Of a stretch of 64,000 nucleotides of DNA, positions 58,366-64,000 are shown in pieces. Numbering within the stretch: the stretch's first letter is position 1; each line of letters begins with the position of its first letter. The notes under the pieces are model-generated. The model had not been told where the DNA came from. It saw only the letters and a list, made by a program, of their open reading frames with translations, and ran no database searches. The position numbers and the translations under genes are program-made. Source of the DNA: a virus. Location: positions 57,062 to 121,061 of the IMG/VR virus record IMGVR_UViG_3300027734_000045; one strand, written 5' to 3'.

Positions 58366-58472
58366 TCTTTGTTTTCTTTTTGAGACTCTTCCAAACACGA
58401 GCACCTCCGGATGTTAACTACGTGATAGATTTATTCTATAGAAGTAATTGAATAGAGTAGGGCAAAACACCA

Positions 58473-58646
58473 GTGTCCGATAGCAAGTCTAAGTCGAACG
58501 CATGTCAGAAATGCGGAGAGGTTTACGTAGTCAATACGCTGGCGCGTTGCTGCGAGCTTAAGCACGAAGGACGCGTGTTTGTTAGAGATCCAAGACAGGA
58601 GCCAAGAAATAAGCGTGACAGAAAGAAGAGCGATGAAGACAAATAA
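58473..58646 (+). CDS. Small zinc-finger-like protein (57 aa) absent from the ORF track
   Basis: CQKCGEVYVVNTLARCCELKH with a basic tail; stop overlaps the next gene's start. Confidence 0.55.
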   Translation: MSDSKSKSNACQKCGEVYVVNTLARCCELKHEGRVFVRDPRQEPRNKRDRKKSDEDK

Positions 58647-59652
58647 CTTAGTGAGTGAGGCGTTGTCCAATGGTGGAAAATTAGTTCCGCTCGTGATTCC
58701 GAGTGAGCTGCCGCTTGGAGCAGGAGTTATGAATCCGTCGGTGTTTGTAAACTCTAAAGATGAGATTTTAGTAAACGTGAGGCACATAAACTACACCTTG
58801 TACCACGCTGAAAACAACCAAAGATTTATAAGTCGCTGGGGTCCACTTGCGTATTTGCACCCTGAACAGGACATGGCGCTTAGAACTACTAACTACATCT
58901 GCAAGTTAGATGAAAATCTTGCTATGACTGGATACGGAGTTGTTGACACATCTAAGTTAGACGTTACGCCGCTGTGGGAGTTCACCGGAGAGGAAGACTG
59001 CAGGCTAGTTCAGTGGGAAGACAAGTACTACGTAGTCGGCGTGCGCAGAGACACTACTCCAAACGGACAAGGTCGAATGGAGCTAAGCGAGGTAGAGATA
59101 GACGAAAGCTCGTGGACGATAAAAGAAGTTTCTAGGCTTAGAATTCCACCGCCTGTTGACGTTCACTCTTATTGTGAAAAAAACTGGATGCCGATTTTAG
59201 ACATGCCTTATCATTTTGTGAAATGGACTTCTCCGACTGAGGTTGTTAAGACCTATCCAAAATTGCCTCCTAGGTGCGAGCAGGTTATCGTCTCTGAAGG
59301 AGTAAAGGCAACTAAAGACCAAAGAGGCGGCTCTCAGGTTTTAAGGTGGAATGACCACTACATAGCTATAACGCATGAGGTTGACTTGTATAAAAACTAC
59401 CTTGGTCAAAAAGACGCTGTGTACCGCCATCGGCTTGCGGTCTGGGACGACTCGTTTACCCTTGTTGGTTTATCTAAGCGTCCTATCTCTTTTCTTGACG
59501 CGCAGGTAGAGTTTGTGGCTGGAGCTGCACGCTACAAAGATAGCCTATTGATAAGCTTTGGATTCCAGGATAACGCTGCGTACATTCTGCAGACTCCATC
59601 GAGCGTTGTAGATAGACTAATAGAGGAAGCGATAGAGGATGAGCTACGATAA
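58633..59652 (+). CDS. Five-bladed beta-propeller glycoside-hydrolase/phosphorylase-like protein
   Basis: NPSV, G.ED.RL, CEKNW.P, RGGS, H, VEF.AG, FG..D motifs; ATG 58633 is the likely start. Confidence 0.75.
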   Translation: MKTNNLVSEALSNGGKLVPLVIPSELPLGAGVMNPSVFVNSKDEILVNVRHINYTLYHAENNQRFISRWGPLAYLHPEQDMALRTTNYICKLDENLAMTGYGVVDTSKLDVTPLWEFTGEEDCRLVQWEDKYYVVGVRRDTTPNGQGRMELSEVEIDESSWTIKEVSRLRIPPPVDVHSYCEKNWMPILDMPYHFVKWTSPTEVVKTYPKLPPRCEQVIVSEGVKATKDQRGGSQVLRWNDHYIAITHEVDLYKNYLGQKDAVYRHRLAVWDDSFTLVGLSKRPISFLDAQVEFVAGAARYKDSLLISFGFQDNAAYILQTPSSVVDRLIEEAIEDELR

Positions 59653-60220
59653 GCAAATAGGAAGTCTGGTCTCTGAGCTTTCAAATGAACCGTTCAGTCC
59701 CTCGCTAAACTTTAGAATAGGCTTAGAATACGAAAAAATAGGACAGGCTGCGTCGGCCGTTAGCTTTTTTCTTAGGGCAGCGGAGTATGGCTATGAGACA
59801 GACCCACTCTTAGTCTACTCATCGCTTCTTAAAATCTCACTGTGTATAGAAGAACAGAGTGACAGAAAACACACGGTAAGCAACGCTATTCTACAGGCCA
59901 TTGCGTATAGGCCGGAGAGACCTGAGGCGTACTTTCTGCTTTCAAAGTTTTACGAAAAAGAAGGCAACTGGCAGGAGTGCTACACCTTTGCAAGTGTAGG
60001 CCTGTCGTGCCTAAAAAATTCTATCGTAAAGCTTCCGGTGGCTATTGGAGAGTACCACGGAGACTACGCTCTTGAGTTTGAAATTGCGATTAGCGCCTGG
60101 TGGATTGGCAGAAGAGAAGAGAGCATCGAACTTCTTAAAAATCTAAGCGCTAGACCTGAACTAAGTCTTTTGTATAGAAACGCCGTAGAAAATAACCTAA
60201 AAAACCTAGGTATTTATTAG
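59639..60220 (+). CDS. TPR-repeat protein
   Basis: A....P.RPEAYFLL...YE....W..CY..A and E..I.AWW.G...E helical repeats. Confidence 0.75.
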   Translation: MSYDKQIGSLVSELSNEPFSPSLNFRIGLEYEKIGQAASAVSFFLRAAEYGYETDPLLVYSSLLKISLCIEEQSDRKHTVSNAILQAIAYRPERPEAYFLLSKFYEKEGNWQECYTFASVGLSCLKNSIVKLPVAIGEYHGDYALEFEIAISAWWIGRREESIELLKNLSARPELSLLYRNAVENNLKNLGIY

Positions 60221-60221
60221 T

Positions 60222-60464
60222 CTACCACTTACCAAGCGGGCACTTAGCTGCCTCTAGTTTTGTTTTAAATTCCATAAAACAGCCGCACTTCTTGCACTGG
60301 TCTATAACTTTGATAAGTTCTGGGCAAGCTCTGCAGATAGCCATACGCTCTTCAGCGTGACTCTCGTCAATCTTACGAGTCTTCGGGTTTAGCAGGTCTA
60401 ACGGTGTTACACCGTTCTTTTCCTTGTACTGCTCCCAGCGGGACTTCTTAGGCTCCGTGCTCAC
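60222..60464 (-). CDS. Small Cys-rich protein (DUF6171-like)
   Basis: R..IC..C......QC..CGCFM..KT.L....CP.GKW. Confidence 0.78.
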   Translation of the reverse strand: MSTEPKKSRWEQYKEKNGVTPLDLLNPKTRKIDESHAEERMAICRACPELIKVIDQCKKCGCFMEFKTKLEAAKCPLGKW

Positions 60465-60849
60465 CGTGGAACGGCTCCAATCCAGTCATGTCTCTTTCAA
60501 GGATTACAAACTCCCCATTTACAAAAAGTGCATTTGGAGACTCAACATATAGACCATAAGGATAATCAGTTAAAACCAATACCTGTGGATTACTTAGTAA
60601 GATACTTCCAAAATAGTCTGAAGTCTGAAACTCTTCCAATACCTGATTATCTTTTAAGAAACGAACCGTTACTCCATCATGCTCTGGATATTCATTTGAT
60701 ATATCCACTACCTCGTCTGCATCGGTAAAAATACTAGCATGTTGTTGCGACAAAGGCAAGTCATAAAGACATTGTGTGTCTATAACCCAAACTAGTGCAA
60801 CACCTCTAGTTCCACTTGGAGTAAAAATTATTGAGTCATCAGTAAGCAT
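60448..60849 (-). CDS. Hypothetical protein
   Basis: 133-aa ORF in the minus-strand operon; AT-rich. Confidence 0.65.
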   Translation of the reverse strand: MLTDDSIIFTPSGTRGVALVWVIDTQCLYDLPLSQQHASIFTDADEVVDISNEYPEHDGVTVRFLKDNQVLEEFQTSDYFGSILLSNPQVLVLTDYPYGLYVESPNALFVNGEFVILERDMTGLEPFHGEHGA

Positions 60850-60858
60850 ATTTATATC

Positions 60859-61329
60859 CTAACAATCGTAAGTCCATCCACCTGGATCAACAGGAGAACA
60901 GGTAGCACCTACACCTAGGTCTGCTGGAGCACAAACAGATGTTGATTGGCAACAGCCAAGAGATACTTGTCCACTTGTGCACCGTTTTCCAGACCCACCT
61001 CCTGATGGAGTAACCGAGTTGCTTGGAGAAGACGGCACACTTAAGACGTTGATTCCAGTCCCATAGTTTGCTGTAGCGGTTACGGTAAAAGTATACGCAG
61101 TTCCACTAGTTAGTCCGCTAACTGTTATCGGGCTAGTTGCACTAGAACCCGTGATGCTTCCAGGACTGGAAGTAGCTGTGTAGGTTGAAATTGTATTATT
61201 TTTACCTTTGTAGACAGACGCAGTGAATGGTACGGTAGCACTAGTAGTTCCCGCTGTTGCAGTGCCTATGGTTGGAGCGGCTGGCTGCTTGCCATCTCCT
61301 GACGCTACGACTCCTATGTGTAGTGGCAT
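60859..61329 (-). CDS. Fibronectin type III domain protein with Cys-rich tail
   Basis: P.APTIGTATAG..SATV.FT..YT.TS.PG..SPITV.GL..GT.YTF.V.A; ATG 61329 is coupled to the upstream stop. Confidence 0.8.
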   Translation of the reverse strand: MPLHIGVVASGDGKQPAAPTIGTATAGTTSATVPFTASVYKGKNNTISTYTATSSPGSITGSSATSPITVSGLTSGTAYTFTVTATANYGTGINVLSVPSSPSNSVTPSGGGSGKRCTSGQVSLGCCQSTSVCAPADLGVGATCSPVDPGGWTYDC

Positions 61330-64000
61330 TAGGCGCTCAAGTCTCCTGCAAGTAGCCAGGTGCACGAGGACGCTCCGCTTGCAAGGCATATCAGCGTGGC
61401 GACTGAGTACTGGGCTCTTATTTTAGTTCCTGGAGTTGAGTAGCCTGTTACGCCGGCGCCGGTAAACGTGACTGTTACGCCTGCCGTTAGAGCTACTAGA
61501 GTTATTTGCGTGCCTACTGGTGCGTTGTAAAGTCCTGTGCCAACAGTGAACGCAAACGCACCGTTCATTTGGACCACTGTGTTATAGTCAGACGTAGTGA
61601 GAGTGTACGCTGCTGTTTTAGCTGTTCCATTTACGCCTGGGAAGTCTCTACCTTGAATACCCTGTGTGCCTTGAATACCTTGTGTACCTTGCACGCCTGT
61701 CGCACCTTGCGCGCCTGTTGTACCTTGAATGCCTTGTGTACCTTGCGCGCCTTGAACACCTTGCGAGCCTGTTGCTCCTTGAGAACCTGTTGCGCCTGTA
61801 GTTCCTTGAATACCTTGCAGGCCTTGTGTTCCTTGTGAGCCTGTTGTTCCTTGTGAGCCTGTGGCACCTACTTCACCTGCTATTGCTAGTATCCAGTTGC
61901 TACTTGAGCCTGAACCGACAAATCTGTCAATAGTAACACTTATTCCAATACCTTCTTCATAGAAAGCACCAATCGTTCCTTCTAGGTATTGAGCGGCATT
62001 AGCACCATTAATAATCCTGATACGCATACCAATGTAATAAGCACCATATTTATTTAGGTCAAAAGATTTACCGCCAGTAGCAAAAGTATTAGAAGTTGTA
62101 CTTAGAACTCCATCGTATCCAGTGCCAGTAGTACCTTGTGTACCTGTAAGACCTTGTGTACCTGTTGTACCTGTCGTTCCTTGTGTACCTGTCGTACCCT
62201 GTCTTCCTTGAATGCCTTGTGTACCTTGTGCGCCTGTTGTACCTTGAATGCCTTGTGTACCTTGCGCACCTGTCGCACCTTGTGCGCCTGTTGTACCTGT
62301 TGTACCTGTTGTACCTGTTGTACCTTGTGTACCTTGCGCACCTGTTGTACCTGTTGTACCTGTTGTACCTGTTGTACCTTGAATACCTTGTGTACCTTGC
62401 GCACCTTGTGCGCCTGTTGTACCTGTTGTACCTGTTGTACCTGTTGTACCTTGAATGCCTTGTGCACCATTTGTTCCTGAGGTACCTTGTGCGCCTGTTG
62501 TACCTGTTGTACCTGTTGTACCTTGAATGCCTTGTGAGCCTGTTGTTCCTTGTGTGCCTACTACTGTGCTCCAGGTAGGCGTTGCGCCTGCACCAGCTGA
62601 AGTTAGGACTTGACCTGAAGTACCTGCGGAAGTGTTAAGAATAATAGGTGAAGTAGTGCTAGATAGAGTTAATCCTGGGACACTTATAGCACCGTAAATA
62701 GTTCCTCCAGCACGAGGCATCATTGTCTGTGACCACATGTCGGAGTTGAAGTTGTACGCCCATAGATGCTGGAGTCTAAGTTGAGTGCTGTTAGGTGCTG
62801 AAATTGTGTAGCGAACTTGGTTGATACCTGTGGCGTTGCTGTTGGTTAGTCCAGAAACTGAGGTAAATATGTCTTCGCTGGTGTTTGACGTAGTTGTAGA
62901 CACCGTGACCCATGAGCTGCTGTCTAGTGAAAATACTTCTATGGTTACGCTGTTAGCTCTAAAAGTAGTGCTTCCAAAACTAATTCCAACCCAGGCACCG
63001 TAGGTGAGTGTTCTAGGAAGAGGAACAGTAATGACAAGTGGGAAAGTAAATCCGCTGGTTGGGCTGATGTTGAAAAAGCTAGCCGTGCCGTCGAACATGG
63101 CGTCCCAGTTGGCATTTGAGATTGAATAGGCGCTTCCGTTTTGTGTTGCAGCTACAGCGGAGCCGCGGAGCCTAGCGTTAGCCATGTCGTTTGTAAGGTA
63201 GGTGTTGTACATCAACCTACCCTCTGGGTTATGACCAGCAAAGTAGCTAGACGTGGTAGAAATAAATGATGACGACCATGTTGGAGTTGTTCCAGCGCCT
63301 GCTGAAGTAAGAACTTGTCCAGTAGTTCCTTGTGCGCCATTCAAGGTTAGTGGCGACGTTGCTCCTGAGAGTGCGACACCTGCTGGAGTTGCGATGTTTC
63401 CAGTGAACGAGTTCGTGGCAGCGGTGTACGTTAGTGTTCCCTGGCCATTAGTGCCATTGCCACCAGAAGCGATAATACGAGAATCAAAGTCAATCGCTGT
63501 TGCGCCAGAGTGGAAGTCGATGAACGGAGTTGTCGCCGCTCCGCCTGTGTAGCCGATTTCGAAACCAACGCTTGCGTTTAGACCTGGACCAAGGTTTACA
63601 GAGTTGTTCCAAGTCTGGTTGCCTGTAAAAGTGTTATTAGCAGAAAGTCTAGGAACTTTAGCTGTATCAATGTCAATAGTTACGGCTGCAGAACCAGTGA
63701 AGGGGCTTGTTCCAGTTGTGGCTGTAAGACCTTGAGTTCCAATTGTGAGTGCGTTAGCTACTACAGTTCCTTGACTTCCCTGTAGACCTTGAGTTCCCTG
63801 TGCACCTGTTGCGCCTTGCGTACCTGTGATTCCTTGAATGCCTTGGATTCCTTGTGTTCCTTGAGAACCTGTAGCGCCTGTAGTTCCTGTTAGGCCTTGG
63901 ATTCCTTGTGTTCCTTGCGAACCTGTAGTTCCTTGTGAGCCTGTTGTTCCTTGTGAGCCTGTGTCGCCTTTATCGCCTGTTCTTACAAAGGTGACTATAA
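61329..64000 (-). CDS. Collagen-like fibre protein (5'-truncated, >890 aa)
   Basis: Frame is stop-free to the window end (..VTFVRTGDKGDTGSQG..PFIDFHSG..DSRIIA..); long Gly-X-Y tracts; C-terminal RAQYS.ATL..W.L.GDL. Confidence 0.85.
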   Translation of the reverse strand, partial: IVTFVRTGDKGDTGSQGTTGSQGTTGSQGTQGIQGLTGTTGATGSQGTQGIQGIQGITGTQGATGAQGTQGLQGSQGTVVANALTIGTQGLTATTGTSPFTGSAAVTIDIDTAKVPRLSANNTFTGNQTWNNSVNLGPGLNASVGFEIGYTGGAATTPFIDFHSGATAIDFDSRIIASGGNGTNGQGTLTYTAATNSFTGNIATPAGVALSGATSPLTLNGAQGTTGQVLTSAGAGTTPTWSSSFISTTSSYFAGHNPEGRLMYNTYLTNDMANARLRGSAVAATQNGSAYSISNANWDAMFDGTASFFNISPTSGFTFPLVITVPLPRTLTYGAWVGISFGSTTFRANSVTIEVFSLDSSSWVTVSTTTSNTSEDIFTSVSGLTNSNATGINQVRYTISAPNSTQLRLQHLWAYNFNSDMWSQTMMPRAGGTIYGAISVPGLTLSSTTSPIILNTSAGTSGQVLTSAGAGATPTWSTVVGTQGTTGSQGIQGTTGTTGTTGAQGTSGTNGAQGIQGTTGTTGTTGTTGAQGAQGTQGIQGTTGTTGTTGTTGAQGTQGTTGTTGTTGTTGAQGATGAQGTQGIQGTTGAQGTQGIQGRQGTTGTQGTTGTTGTQGLTGTQGTTGTGYDGVLSTTSNTFATGGKSFDLNKYGAYYIGMRIRIINGANAAQYLEGTIGAFYEEGIGISVTIDRFVGSGSSSNWILAIAGEVGATGSQGTTGSQGTQGLQGIQGTTGATGSQGATGSQGVQGAQGTQGIQGTTGAQGATGVQGTQGIQGTQGIQGRDFPGVNGTAKTAAYTLTTSDYNTVVQMNGAFAFTVGTGLYNAPVGTQITLVALTAGVTVTFTGAGVTGYSTPGTKIRAQYSVATLICLASGASSCTWLLAGDLSA
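61650..62560 (-). repeat. 9-bp-period Gly-X-Y repeats (GTQ, GTT, GAQ, GIQ)
   Basis: Runs of tacctgttg/accttgtgt, interrupted by a non-repeat domain at about 61880-62120. Confidence 0.9.

Larger units (their letters stand above)
1..64000. mobile_element. Bacteriophage genome segment (large siphovirus-like, probable actinobacterial host)
   Basis: Continuous head-neck-tail operon with tape measure, phage replication and modification genes, WhiB; no host housekeeping genes or integrase; dense overlapping stop/start junctions such as TAATG. Confidence 0.96.

Noticed and set aside
51984-58470. Intergenic hairpins as tRNA or other known ncRNA genes
   Set aside because: No cloverleaf, T-loop in context or CCA end could be built; they are better explained as terminators or operators.
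61506-62578. Alternative-frame repetitive ORFs (Cys-Thr, Leu-Tyr, Gln-Val)
   Set aside because: They are by-products of the 9-bp collagen periodicity.

Overview
The whole window is an internal segment of a large siphovirus-type phage, very probably of an actinobacterial host (it encodes WhiB and separate hexamer and pentamer capsid genes). Both ends cut through open genes. In order: a giant multidomain protein (>3,600 aa) with kinase-like and ADP-ribosyltransferase-like domains; a capsid maturation protease polyprotein; capsid, neck and tail genes (about 11.5-38 kb); a replication core (PolA, RuvC-like resolvase, SNF2 helicase, Cas4/RecB-like nuclease, AAA ATPase, SSB) flanked by two nucleotide/DNA-modification clusters; WhiB, a metallophosphoesterase and a primase-helicase; then a propeller/TPR pair and a minus-strand collagen-fibre module. 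The strongest leads are: (1) a probable cytosine hypermodification pathway with an Asp-type thymidylate-synthase homolog, a dNMP kinase fused to a uracil-DNA-glycosylase-like domain, two paralogous glycosyltransferases and an all-alpha dNTPase; (2) a G_GGA_AAA -1 frameshift at the end of the protease gene, which also carries repeated (L/V/I)-x-A|(A/S) candidate cleavage sites; (3) the giant kinase/ART protein; (4) one beta-sandwich module inserted, sometimes nested, into most virion proteins. I saw no tRNA, CRISPR array, integrase, terminase or portal. All assignments come from recognising motifs by eye; no searches were run.
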